From NCBI RefSeq assembly GCF_001194135.2, contig NC_068981.1, positions 184,476,602-184,540,601 on the forward strand: a stretch of DNA of 64,000 nt, in the 5' to 3' direction. The notes below the pieces were generated by a model that was not told the DNA's origin, searched no databases, and worked only from the letters and a program-made list of their open reading frames with translations. The translations under genes were made by a program, and so were the position numbers. Source of the stretch: Octopus bimaculoides (taxonomy: Eukaryota). This document shows positions 25,434 through 38,585 of the stretch, piece by piece (positions within the stretch are counted from its first letter, which is position 1; each line of letters begins with the position of its first letter).

Positions 25434-26709
25434 AATGTATGTTTTGATTGCTAACAATTCCACTACAGCAATAGAGAGAGAGAGAGCTAACTAAAGTTAA
25501 AGCAAGCCATCTTAAAAGAAAATTACATGCACTACTGCAGTGATGATTACCACCCAGAGAAACCAAATGTAAAGAGGTGGTGGGGCTTACAGAGGAAGCC
25601 ACTAACATCAAAAGAACAGAAAATGAAGCTTTTTAAAATAAGTTCTACTTTATATTTATTGAGGATGGATTGAAGTGTTGATAACATGTTAACTTAAAAA
25701 AAAAAAGAAAGAAACTAATCTTAATTGTAAAACATGCAAATTGGAGATATAAAAATCCTTTCAGCTTTCTTTATCACATACACACAGTTTGAAATGAAAA
25801 GAACTCTAAATCATAAAAACATTAACCTAATATAACTAATTAAAAAAAGAAGAAACCCTTGTAGTTATTCTTTAAATTAGTAAAGTTACTTCTAACAGGG
25901 TGTTCTAAGAACCTGGCAATACCCAGCCCTTCCTGGTAAGCTTGTCAAAATAGATATAAATCTTTCCCAAAGAAACAAAGTAAGATTTCTATTCAAAATG
26001 TTGCTAATCTTGAATCAAGTTTATAGTTTCTGTATTAAATAAAAATAAAAAAATTGTGTACATTTCGAACTGAATTAATTCAAATGTCAAAGTAAACTGT
26101 TGTTTCATATTTCTGGTTATTCATAAAGGGATCATAAGGACAATATTATGTCTTTGATAGGGCAACAATAGGTATCCGATTGAAGAATTAAGTGAAATAA
26201 AATGCAAGCAATTTGAAATTAGAACTGAATTGTAAGGTTATTTTCCAAATAAATATGAATGACAAGTAGTTGTCCCCCCAAACACTGGTTGCTTCACTTT
26301 GCTTCTTTTACTGCCAACTACAATGGTTTTCCACTTCTCAGAGCTGGCTGGTCTCCTGCTGCATCCTCTACAAATGTTCACCTAACACACTTGTCTCATC
26401 ATCCATGCTAAATCTACTCCATCCAACTACCAACCTGCTCTAATAACTATTCCCAATATGTCAACTCTGCAATTCCTTCCTGCTACTGTTCAAGGTGAAC
26501 ATGACCATATCTACTTTGTTGATCTTAGAAAGGTCTGCGAAAGCGATGGATGCAGCCTCTTTCACCAGGCCATTAAAAAAAAAAATTCTTTTTTATTAGA
26601 ATCCCAACATTTTTATGTATTGTATACAATAAAGAGGTAAAAATGTTTTTGCTCTACTCAGTGACAATCACCGAAAACCTAAAATACATTACCACGCATT
26701 AGACTGAAG

Positions 26710-26902
26710 TACCATATTTGATGGCATGAAAGACGCACAGGCATATTAGACGCACCTTAATTTCAGCAGTGTATATTCAGGGAAAAAGTTTTCATAAATC
26801 GAAGTTTATGGGAGGCCCAATTACGCACACAGAATCCGGAGTAATTTTCGAGACATTTAAAAAAGAAAAAAAAAGTGCATCTTATGTGCCATCAAATACA
26901 GT
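26710..26902. mobile_element. pogo/Tigger-type MITE
   Basis: TIR taccatatttgatggcatgaaagacgcac versus gtgcatcttatgtgccatcaaatacagt. A related element lies at ~58277-58447. Confidence 0.75.
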
Positions 26903-28136
26903 TCGGCCAAAGTATTGCTGTATCTTTAACTAAGAATTTGAATTAAATATAGATTTATGGTGAAAGACAATATAAGAAAGTAGCATCATTAACAGAAAAC
27001 TGATACAAACATGAACAATATTTCAATTTTGAGTATTTGTTTCTCCAGCAGTTCCACCCAGCTCTTAGTTGAGTTTTTTTTTTATATTCCTCAACTAGAA
27101 CGTTTTGCTGGATGTGTAATGTCAGTGCGCATGAACAAAGGCGCACAACTGTGCTGAGAGAATAACTTGGCATATATGATGAGGAGTATGAAGAAATGAT
27201 AATTGGGTGTAAAAGTCTCAAACTATGCAAGAAGCCTGCAGAATAGGAAGACTGAAGACGACACGGGAAGAAATTGCGACTCTCAAAGAACTGCGAGAGA
27301 GATTGTGTTGAAATTAACCTATCCACACATGGAAAAGTGGACATAAATGAAAATCTGTACAAATTCTTGAAATCTTACACAGAGTGATAGAGACGAAGAG
27401 AACGAATTTCAACTGAAGGATAACGCATTTTTCTATTAAATCACCGAGATAGACGTAACATATTAAAACTTTAAATAAGAATTACTTTCATCTTTGAAAG
27501 TACATAGCAATGAGAAATCGACATTTTAATAGAGTAGATGACAGCTGAAAAATTACTAATAAATTTAACACGAAGCTCGTTAATGGAAATGCAGCGATTC
27601 TTTCTGCAGAAAGAAAAAAAATTCCTCTATGGTATCAGGCTACTAAATACTAAATTTGTGCGATTCCATATATACACATACATACGTGTGTGCATGCGTA
27701 CTTAATGTTTGTTTTTATGTCAAGTTTATAAGCCTTTCTATTAAAGGCACAAAGCCTGAAATTTGGTGGGAGCGGACAAACCGATTACATTGATCCCAGT
27801 GTTTCCATTAGTACTTAATTTATCAACCCTGAAAGGATGAAAGGCAAAGTCGACCTTGGTGGAATTTGAACTCAAAATGTAATGATGGGTGAAATACCGC
27901 CGAGGATTTCGCTCAGCGAGCTAACGATTCCGCCAGCTCTCTGCCTTATGTCAAGTTATATAACAAAAACAATTTCACATTAAACTGAAAGGATTATTTA
28001 ATACCCTTTGAAGAGTATATATTTATTCTTTTTGACAGTGACTTTGAAGTTTTGACCTGCTTTGTATTCAATCAGACAGTCTCATGAAGACTAAGCAGGC
28101 CAAAACTTCAGTCATTACAAAACTATCTTTGTTAAA

Positions 28137-28179
<43 letters not shown>

Positions 28180-28441
28180 NNNNNNNNNNNNNNNNNNNNN
28201 NNNNNNNNNNNNNNNNNNNNNNNNNNNNNNNNNNNNNNNNNNNNNNNNNNNNNNNNNNNNNNNNNNNNNNNNNNNNNNNNNNNNNNNNNNNNNNNNNNNN
28301 NNNNNNNNNNNNNNNNNNNNNNNNNNNNNNNNNNNNNNNNNNNNNNNNNNNNNNNNNNNNNNNNNNNNNNNNNNNNNNNNNNNNNNNNNNNNNNNNNNNN
28401 NNNNNNNNNNNNNNNNNNNNNNNNNNNNNNNNNNNNNNNNN

Positions 28442-28496
<55 letters not shown>

Positions 28497-29474
28497 TATA
28501 TATAAAATACTCCCAAACTCTAGAAATGTAACTAATTACCTTTAGCATTCTGATTATCAGATGTAATGTTTATTTATTCATGTTGTTTTGAATTACTCAT
28601 GCGTTATATCGTAGCTTTGTGATTTTGATGAGGTGATTGTTTACTATTAGAATAACATTGTCGTATAGGTGTGAGAGGCCAGATATGGCCAGTTTTAACA
28701 ATAAAAAAAAGGTAGAATAGTTGAGCCCGATATGGGTGTGAAAGAATAAAAATTTTAACTTGGACACTTATTTTTTAAGATCAGTCTATATCTAGCAGCA
28801 GACACTTATGTCAGGTCCATCAAGCTTACCCTCGAGACTAATTCAAGCATGGAGTACAAATAGGTGGCTTTTAATTTTATGAGAACTACAGAATTTCTGT
28901 AGCAGAGCAGATATGGTAAAGAACTACTTTTTAGTAGTAGTATTATTTAGAAGGCCAGCCACTTTATATAAAATTACTGTTGATTAGATCTAGTTTAGTC
29001 CACTCACACAACTAACCTTCAAGACTCAGTGTAAATATTCTATTTCATAAAGGTCAGAGCAAACAAGGTGGTTCAGCTGAATCAACGCACGGGCTAGATT
29101 AGTGCTTGTTCCTTCCCTTTGATAAATTTCTATTAGGTCAACTTTATTTTGGGAGGTGAGAATGTAGTAGTTCAATAAGACAGCAGTCTTTATAAGATTA
29201 ATGGCCATGTGTATGAATAAAATTAAACAGTCACACAGTAGGAGTGGTCTCTGTTTCTTAGCTGTGCAAAAAGAATTACACTATTTTATGTACAAGTTTT
29301 ATTTAGTATGATAATAAAGGAAATACAAAATTTCATGAGATCTCTAGTAAAAAAAATCACGACCTCAACTCATTGTGACCCCACCAGATCTGAATGGAGG
29401 ATGGCATGGATAAGGGAGATGAGCGAATCTGGATTTGTGTCCTGCAGGAAAACTTGGTATGAAAAGTAATTATA

Positions 29475-29637
29475 GGCGCAGGAGTGGCTGTGTGGTAAGT
29501 AGCTTGCTTACCAACCACATGGTTATGGGTTCAGTCCAACTGCGTGGCACCTTGGGCAAGTGTCTTCTACTATAGTCTCGGGCCGACCAAAGCCTTGTGA
29601 GTGGATTTGGTAGACGGAAACTGAAAAGAAGCCCGTC

Positions 29638-29681
<44 letters not shown>

Positions 29682-29874
29682 TTGTGTTTGTCCCCCCATC
29701 ATCACTTGACAACCGATGGTGGTGTGTTTACGTCCCTGTAACTTAGCAGTTCGGCAAAAGTGATCGATAGAATAAGTACTAGGCTTACAAAGAATAAGTC
29801 CTGGGGTCGATTTGCTCGACTAAAGGCGGTGCTCTAGCATGGCCGCAGTCAAATGATTGAAACAAGTAAAAGAG
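29475..29874 (+). mobile_element. tRNA-derived SINE family A (~400 bp, internal (TA)n; central part resembles the Nin domain), best-preserved plus copy
   Basis: A box TGGCTGTGTGG, B-box-like GGTTCAGTCC, core CCTTGGGCAAGTGTCTTCTACTATAG...GGATTTGGTAGACGGAAACTG. Other plus copies at ~2420-2620, 4385-4490, 15221-15600, 44560-44968 and 59053-59235. Confidence 0.9.
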
Positions 29875-30801
29875 TATAGAGAAAATGTGCTTGGAGTGAA
29901 AAGATTATGTAATTGTTAGGACAAGTGTATTTATAAGCAACAGGTGAAGGGATTTACAGTAAGAGGACAAACTTTATCCAAAACATCCTTTACTAAGAAT
30001 ATAGAGTATGGTTTGAGGGAGATGAAACTACTATGTAGAAGTTATCTCGCTGATTCACTTGGGTATATGTGCCTGAAGAAAGGACATATCTCAGGTGAAA
30101 AAGTACATTGATTTTACAGTAAAAAAAAAAATTGGAGTCAAATACTATGAAATTTACGGAATACATTAGGGAACATGGTGAATGCTCTAACTGATGGAAG
30201 TGAATAGAATATTGGACTTAATAGGGTGAAAGAGAAATGGTGAACTGCATTATGTTTGTATATAGAACTAGGAGAGGTTATTGACAAAACGAGACTATCT
30301 ATCTAAGCATCAGTTTAATGTGCACTTTTCCATGCTTGCAAGGACTGGAGGGATTTAATTGAGGACGATTTGATAAAATTTCAGATTAATACCTGCACGA
30401 TTACCTAACCCTAACCCTAAAACACTAACACCCTAATGAAAATCGTGCGGGTGTTAATCTAAAAATTTACCGGCGATTTTCTACAGCTGAATGCTCTTCC
30501 TGTCGCCAACCCTTACCTGTTTCCAAGCAAGGTAATATTTCCCCATGGCCAGACATGTTTCTGCAAAGTACTGGAAATGAATGACACTGCTTATATGACA
30601 GAGATATGCATTACATCTATCATACAACGTCAACACAACACAGTCTGTTTACCAAATCCATCCACAAGGCTTTGGTTGGCTCAGGGCTACAATAGAAAGC
30701 ACTTGCCCAAGGTACCATACAATGGGGCTGAACCAGAAACCATGTGGTTGGGAAGCAAATTTCTTAACCATACAACAACCTTTCACATGATGATATATAT
30801 A

Positions 30802-30928
30802 CAGGGCGTCCACAAACTCTGGGTACATAGGGATTAACACATACTTTAAGAAATTATTATTTCTTATATTTAATTGTTTATGTTATGATTTTATTTACTC
30901 CATGTACCCAGACCTTGTGGACACCCTG
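30802..30928. mobile_element. Tc1-type MITE (127 bp) with TA target duplication
   Basis: TA|cagggcgtccacaaactctgggtacat ... atgtacccagaccttgtggacaccctg|TA. Confidence 0.85.
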
Positions 30929-31491
30929 TATATTTCACATGATACTTTGACAAGTATAATTATGTGTGTGTGTGTATTATGTGAAAGGTTTGGTTTAACA
31001 CTGCATACCACAACTTTCACAAAAAAAAAAAATGTGCAAGAAAGTATTTTACGACTATTTATATAACCAGGCTTGGTCAAACTGAATTTGATTCCTCATT
31101 ATAGATTTAGTGAAATTTCGATCTTATAAAGCATGAAGAAAGATCCATTCTAGATGAAATCATATAAACTTCAGAAAATAAAACTTATGTACCATCATTT
31201 ACACCGTTGGCATCTATCATAAAGTTTGTTTCGGGGTCTACGGCCATGCTAGGGCACTACTTTGAAGGGTTTAAAGCCTCGTACTTACTGTATCGGTCTC
31301 CTTTGCTGAAGCTCTAAGTTATGGGAAAGTAAAAACAAGCAACATCAGTTGCCGAGTGGTGGTGGACAACCGCCTAAAATACAGAGGAATTTTTTCAGTT
31401 TCGATCTGGTAAATCCACTCACAAAGCTTTGGTTGGCCAGGGGCTATAGTAGGAGGCACTTGTCCAAGGTATTAGGTTCGAAAATATTTAA

Positions 31492-31526
<35 letters not shown>

Positions 31527-32196
31527 GTGGCTGGAGTATTCATTCCACTCAAATTAAACCGATTTTAATTTCAATTAAAATTCATGTTTGATACATTTTC
31601 TCTCTAGCTGTGGCGTGATAGAAAAGTAATAAGATTAAGTTCAAGTATTTTGCTTAGATTTCATATCAGAAAAATATTAAAATAAACAAACACACACACA
31701 CACACAAGAGAGATTAAATAGTTTCTAACCTAATACTATATTAAAGATCTGACTTAAGTCCTACTTCTAAAACGAACCTTTTCTATATTGGTTTATAACA
31801 ATTTTATTTACAGAAAACTTTTTTCGAAAACTGATTAATAAAGTTAATAACTAAGTTGATTTAATTAATATTGAGGTTTTAACTATAAATCAAATCATCC
31901 GTCACGATTAGGTATGTTGAAAGACAATGATGAAAATGGATTGGATTAGTTCAAAATCTACCATTCTGATCTGTTACTAACCGAATGGAAACTATTACAT
32001 TTTGTAATAACATCAATATATGGGGAAATCTATTTTGAAAAAAAAAAAAATAATAATAATAACCACACTTGTTCATAAACAATCTCACCAATTATTTGTT
32101 TATACATATTGTAAATCAGTCGAAATCTGCATTTAAGTTACCAAATTAGTGTAATTCACACATTTTTTTGTTATTTTAATTTTGTAATGCTATATA

Positions 32197-32561
32197 TGGT
32201 CCAGATGGACTATATGTAATCTGAACCTTTCCCCCCCTTATTTATTAATTTTTTTTTTACGGAATCCCACGTTTTAGGCTATGGAGATTCCGATTCTGAA
32301 ATTTTTTTTTCAAAATTTCGACCCCCCCCCCAGTTTTTATCTAGATCCACAGGGTAAACCTAACCCTAACACCAGTTTTGTGAGATTTGGCTGTTATTTC
32401 TAGCATGTAAATAGCCTGCTTGGTGGGTTGGTGTTATTGAAATTTTTCAAACAATTTTTTTCAGAATCGGAATCTCCATAGCGTAAAACGTGGGATTCCA
32501 TAAAAAAAATTAATAAATAAGGGGGGGAAAGGTTCAGATTACATATAGTCCGTCTCTACCC
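32197..32561. mobile_element. MITE with ~110-bp TIRs and a central AACCTAACCCTAAC motif
   Basis: ggactatatgtaatctgaacctttcccccccttatttattaa...atggagattccgattctgaaa is mirrored at 32461-32551. Confidence 0.88.
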
Positions 32562-32758
32562 TATATATTTCTTTTATATTCTTTCTTTTGTTTCGAATAC
32601 ATTCTTCACTAAGGAATTACTGTCGTTATTGACAAAGAAAACACGAAATTCAACAAATTAAGGATGAGGGGGAGAGAGAGAGAGAGAGAGAGAGAGNNNN
32701 NNNNNNNNNNNNNNNNNNNNNNNNNNNNNGAGAGAGAAAGAGAGAGAGAGAAAGAGAA

Positions 32759-32807
<49 letters not shown>

Positions 32808-35800
32808 AAAAGAGAGAGAGAGAGAAAAAGAGAGAGAGAGAGAGATGTGCAATTATATCTTTTTTTCTACTCAATAACACGACTATCGCTGGAGATAGGT
32901 ACGAAAATGACCACCCAAAGCTACCCCATTTTTCTATTACAAAAGTATAATACTAATAATACTTGTAATGCTACTAGTATTGCTAACAGCTCTGACATTC
33001 AGTCACACAACCCAGCAACATTCAATAAACAGAGTCGAGCGAGTAAATAAATATACATACATGTCTTGTTTGTAGAAAGCACCATATTTGTTAGGAAGGG
33101 AAAGAAAAATGGGTAAATATGGCCGAAGATAAATTGAAATCAGATGAAAAAAATGCCAATAATGTCCGTATATGTGTTTATTCAATGATAAAGAGAGAGA
33201 GAAAAAAAATCCAGTATGATTAAGTACCAGTAGGTCAGTCAAAAGTCAACCCACCCCCAACTAAGTTTTAGTCATGGCTATCGGAAGTAGCCATGATTGG
33301 TCCTAACCGACACACACACACACACACACACACACACAACTGACTCGATATTAGCTGAATGTCATTTCTTCGAAATTAAAACAACCATTCACCATGCTAT
33401 AGTCAGTGTGAAACCTCTTCGTGGTCGCTCGAACTACTCGAGATTATATATATATATGGCGATCTATATATATATATATTTACATATATATAACACACAC
33501 AGTAAAATCTTCCTTATATCATACCCTGTTCATGGTTGCTGGAAACGCCTTGCTCTATCAGAGTTGAGTGACCTGGTTAAACGACAACTAGCCAGTTGTA
33601 GATAAAGTATGTCTATCGCAACCGGGTTTCAATTCCTAGTCGTAGCTATTTCATTTTCACTTAATTTCAATAAAAAAAAACGGGGAAAGAGTGATCCACA
33701 TCGTGGTCGCTCGACCTGCTAGAAACAGCAACCAAATCTCCCTAAACTACTCTCGTCTTAAAAAAAATGGAGCAAATCTGATATTGTAGTCCTGTGTGTA
33801 CAGCGTAAAAAACACAAAACGTACCAAAAACAGATAGCCACGGTTTTCAGTCTTATAAACCTACTCGATAAGGATTGACCTAGGGTTAAATAACTATACC
33901 TTAAAATCAATCAATTCTTATTGAGTTGTAAAGGCATTTTAAACCCTTGTTAACTTTTCTTCATCTATCAAAAACGTTTTGATAACTAATTATTATGAAG
34001 GCTTGACCACAACAGGATAAGAGCATCATTTAACCCTTAATTCAGCAGATCTTCAATGATGAAAAGCGTTCCAGCAATGACCATCTCATTCTCTTTTTTT
34101 TTCTTTTCTTACTGAATGAAACTAGGACTACCTACCCTGTATATCTTCCTCCTTTTTTGATGATAGGGTAAGATCTGAGGAAAATTTGGGTACTATTTCC
34201 AGTAGATCGATTGACTACGTACAGGCTCCCTTCAAAGGGGCATGAACGCCACAAACTCCTTACCCTATCAAAAGAACTATACACACACACAGTTCTTGTA
34301 TATTATGTAGTGGGTTAGCTATATATATATATAAAACGGTAATATTTACTATACGCTTAAAACTAAAAAAAAAAAAGAAAAAACTTTTGATGATATTCAC
34401 TTTCCCATTTTCTCATTATATATCGTTTTTTTTTAATCGGTAACGTGAAAATTAGCATCGATTCACCCATCTCCAGCTTCTAATGTAACCAAGTGCATTT
34501 TTTAGTTCTTTTGTCAACATGGAACTTGTACCAATGCATCATACATACAAAAGATTACATAATTTTATGTGGGCGAAGGGAAAAGAGCAAGAAATATTTT
34601 AAAGAAAACAATGGGGGTTTAATAAAGCGAAACATGGCACAAATATAGAATTATGTAGGTATCGGTTACCTGGTAACCAAAGGCTAAAAACAGATACAAC
34701 AAAACCTCTTAAAAAACCATTCGAACTATAAATACATGTCTTTAAAGTTGTGGTCATGCTGGGACAATATATATATGTGTGTGTATATATATATATATAT
34801 GCATGTATGTATACATATAGATGTAGGTATGTACATATATGTATGGATATATGCATATATTTATATTATATATATATGTTACCACTCAATGCCGTACTCA
34901 AAACAGTTAGCGAGACCCTGATTAAAGAAGTTCAAGAAACTGAAAATTAATATTTAGTTAATCATCGTTTGTAGACAACTGACACCTACTAACATGCTTC
35001 GATGCGTGTGTGTGTATTTATAATCTGTGTTTAACGTCCACACCTATCCATGCATATTGCCGGACGGTTCTTTTTGTCGAGGCTGATTTTCAACAGCCAG
35101 ATGCCTTTCCTGTTGTCAACCCATACCACTCACGCACACGTATTATAGATAGCAAACGACATCAACGTTTTATAGATCACTCAAGTGCAGGTGCTTGAAA
35201 AGGAGAATCAGCCTTTCTCCCTAACATAAAGTGGAAAAATGAATTTTTAATTTCTCCAAATTATCTCCCTTTACTTTGAGAATCGCCAACAATTTAATAA
35301 CTGTTTTTCTGTCTCCGACTTTTTTTAGGGGAAATTTTAGTTATGAATGCTTGCAATGTCAGTTATTAAGCATATTAAACCCACAACTCACCTAAGTTCA
35401 TACCACTTAGTTCCCCGATGTCTCCCCTTCCCTCCTCGTTTATTTTTACGTCGAGTTTAAACTGAACGATTGATTACCCAGTACCTTTTGTAGAGTACAT
35501 ATATATTTATTATTCTTTAACAAGAATGTCGACAGTGAACTCGAAGTCTTGGCCTGTTTTAACTTTCATCGGAGAGTTCGATAAAGGATAAGCATGCCGA
35601 AATTTCGACATCACTGTCAACAGTATTCTGTCAGAGTAATTAATATATAAGTGCAAATTTATTTATTACTGGTTGAAAACTTTCGCTAGCCTCCCTACAG
35701 GCATGAAATACAATCAGAGAAGAAACATGTTCACAGTTATCTCCTTTACCTGTAAACACAGATTAGATCCCCTCCCCTGTCAAACATGTAAATTAACTTC

Positions 35801-36222
35801 GAGGGATTAATTCTAAATTGCTTCAAATTATGCCTCCCTTCAACCGAAGAGAAATTTTTATGAGATATATTTTTTTTCTTTTTGCGTCTACAGTATTTAG
35901 TACACGAGTTCTCATTTGGGTTATTTACTCTTTGTATTTCAATGTATGGGCATGAAAATAGAACTCCCAAATAGTTGAATGTTTACCTAAATCTGTCATA
36001 GAGGTATCTGTGTGTATGAAATCGGTCTTTCTGCACTACATGCAAATGATAAAAATAAAATAAATAAATATAAATAAAAACTAATTTAGTTAGGGTGGCA
36101 GTTTTATGGTCTAAACGCTTATTCATTGCTGCTCAGTAAATTAAACATACATGCATGTGATGTGAACTGTGCAATAATTGATATCCATAAAAATAACACT
36201 TTTCTCTTTCCCTCTCGTGCGT

Positions 36223-36264
36223 GCACACACACACACACATATATATATATACACACACACACAC

Positions 36265-36335
<71 letters not shown>

Positions 36336-36344
36336 CACACACAC

Positions 36345-36375
<31 letters not shown>

Positions 36376-36418
36376 TATATATATACACACACACACATAT
36401 ATATATACACACACACAC
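36223..36418. repeat. Compound (AC)n(AT)n higher-order microsatellite
   Basis: About 8 alternating blocks of (CA)4-8 and (TA)4-7. Confidence 0.95.
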
Positions 36419-36909
36419 GTGTGACTATGCGTAAAATGTAAGATAGACAAGTGTAGTCAGGAAAAAAAAGTAGGATGGCATTTTCATGGTCCAAATCAGT
36501 TATGTTTATCCTTCAGTAAATTTAAACACATATAGATTTACAGTGTGCAATTATCTGGCTTCATGAAAATAACACATACCATTTATAATTATATATGATA
36601 TACACATTAAAATATGTCATTCCCAATTTTGAAATATAAATAAGACACACGCTTTAAACCATATTCGTAGGATTGCTCTGGTTATTTTCAATACACACAC
36701 ACACACACGATTGAATCATATTCTAAATATATATTATACAGGTAATCTGAACATAAATCGCAACAAAGATCAACAATAGCAGAATGTTGATAAGACACAC
36801 ATACATACATTAATATACATTTATAGTTCAAGTTATTTACAATTGCTGACAATTCACAGATTTAGACCAAAATAACTGTTATCAATATTTGTAATATAGA
36901 AACAGAGAT

Positions 36910-37474
36910 AGTTATATTAGTTTTCTCAGTGTATATGCATAAATATTACATATAATTAGGACCCTGGTGTAGAATATACTACACATACACCCTGTCTGTA
37001 TGTATACATGTATGTGTATATATATATATATATATAAACTTAATTAGTGGAAGGTGTATTGAGGAATAAGATCGACAATGTAATTATAATAATAGGGAAT
37101 AGAAAGTTATATTAGTTTTCTCAGTGTATATACATAAATATTATATATAATTAGGACCCTGGTGTAGAATATACTACACATACACCCTGTCTGTATGTAT
37201 ATATAAATTCAATTAGTGGAAGGTGTATTGAGGAATAAGATCGACAATGTAATTATAATAATAGGGAATAGAAAGTTATATTAGTTTTCTCAGTGTATAT
37301 GCATAAATATTATATATAATATATATAATTAGGACCCTGGTGTAGTATATTCTACACATATACCCTGTCTGTATGTATACATGTATATATATATATACAC
37401 ATATATAAACTCAATTAGTGGAAGGTGTATTGAGGAATGAGATCGGCAATGTAATTATAATAATAGGGAATAGA
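36910..37474. repeat. Triple tandem repeat; units ~195, 169 and ~200 bp
   Basis: Units start at 36910, 37105 and 37274 (agttatattagttttctcagtg...aataatagggaatag) and differ mainly in internal (TA)n length. Confidence 0.95.
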
Positions 37475-37597
37475 GGGGGGGAAAGAAAGACATATTAGTG
37501 AACTGGCCATTATAGAGGGAGAGATCTGGAGTGAAACGGTGAAAGCATTTGACCAGAGAGAAGAAGAGATGAGGAGAAGAAACTCACCGAAAAAGAC

Positions 37598-37830
37598 ACT
37601 CAAGCAGACGTTCTCCTCAACGGGCGGGAGAAAGGTTGAAGAGAGCGGAATTTAGATATGTAAACAAAAAAAAAAGCAATAAATTCCTGGATACCCTGTA
37701 CGAAATCCAAAAGAAACCGGAGACTTTCTGTCTGCTTCAAATGCAGATTCCAATAGAAAATACCAAGATGGCGTTGATAAAAACTCTTATTGTTGTTGTT
37801 AGGGCTGCTGCTGCTGCGTTGTACATTACC
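37598..37830 (-). promoter_or_regulatory. Probable non-coding first exon and proximal promoter of beta-catenin
   Basis: Locally CpG-rich non-repeat sequence. YY1-type motif AAGATGGCG at 37765-37773. Donor TTTTCG|gtgagt at 37598/37597. A GA-rich tract lies upstream on the minus strand. The TSS position is a guess. Confidence 0.55.
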
Positions 37831-38389
37831 TCCCCCCACTTCCTTTCAACACTTCTACTCTTTCTCCTTGTTCTNNNNNNNNNNCTTCTACTCGTTTTCC
37901 CTCCCCCTCGCTATTTCCTCTCTTCCTTTTTAACTCTTCCCCCTCCCCCAGGCCTATTCTCTCATCCTTTTCTTGTTTCTCTTCCCTCCCCCACCATCGC
38001 ATCTCTTGTAAATCTTCTTCCCGCACACCCCGATTATATTCTATCCTCTTCCCATCTCTCTCCCGTTAGCAGACACACACATTCACACACACTCTCTCTT
38101 CCGCTGTTATTCCAACTCCACCTCCTTTTCATTTTTACTATCTTTAAACACAAAACCTTCCTCTCTTCTATTGCATGTCTTTTCTTCAAGACAGTCGATC
38201 AGCAAAATTATCTTCTTCCGCACGAAAAAGTAAGCCCCCTCCCACCAAAATATAAACACACCAAATTGGGGTATAAAAAAAATGAGGTCATTTCAATCTT
38301 GTAGTTCCGATAAGATTTATTACGGCTACTTTAAAAAAAAAGACAACCAAAACTCCATAGGTTCCGCTATTTCTAATTATTATTGTTGT

Positions 38390-38585
38390 AAGCTGGTACA
38401 GTCATTAGCACGTCGAACAAAATGCTTAGTAGCATTTCTTCCGGCTTTATGGTTCTGAGTTCAAATTCCACCGAGGTCGACTTTGCCTTTCATTCTTTCA
38501 GGGTCGATAAATTAAGTATCAACCAAGTACCGGAGTCAATATAATCGACTTGCCCCTTCCCCTAAATTCCAGGCCTTGTACCTAT
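38390..38585 (+). mobile_element. tRNA-derived SINE family B (Meta/MESC-like core TTCATCCTTTCGGGGTCGATAAAATAAGTACC)
   Basis: B box GAGTTCAAATTCC followed by the conserved core. Minus copies at ~470-680, 860-1068, 7435-7678, 7690-7903, 8030-8168, 27745-27948 and 39605-39805. Confidence 0.85.

Noticed and set aside
26955-27420. Coding-like, purine-rich unique stretch next to a pogo-type MITE
   Set aside because: Multiple stops and no motif I can identify. It is possibly a decayed transposase, but I cannot support that.
36119-36494. ORFs rich in HT/YI/CV dipeptides (also at 28068-28548, 32650-33050, 62889-63189)
   Set aside because: Translations of microsatellites.
36910-37474. Regularly spaced repeats as a possible CRISPR-like array
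   Set aside because: Whole units are duplicated with no unique spacers, the context is eukaryotic, and there are no cas genes.
37636-38304. 222-aa plus-strand ORF over the putative promoter
   Set aside because: Low-complexity L/S/P/F product of a pyrimidine tract, starts at a non-ATG codon and includes Ns.
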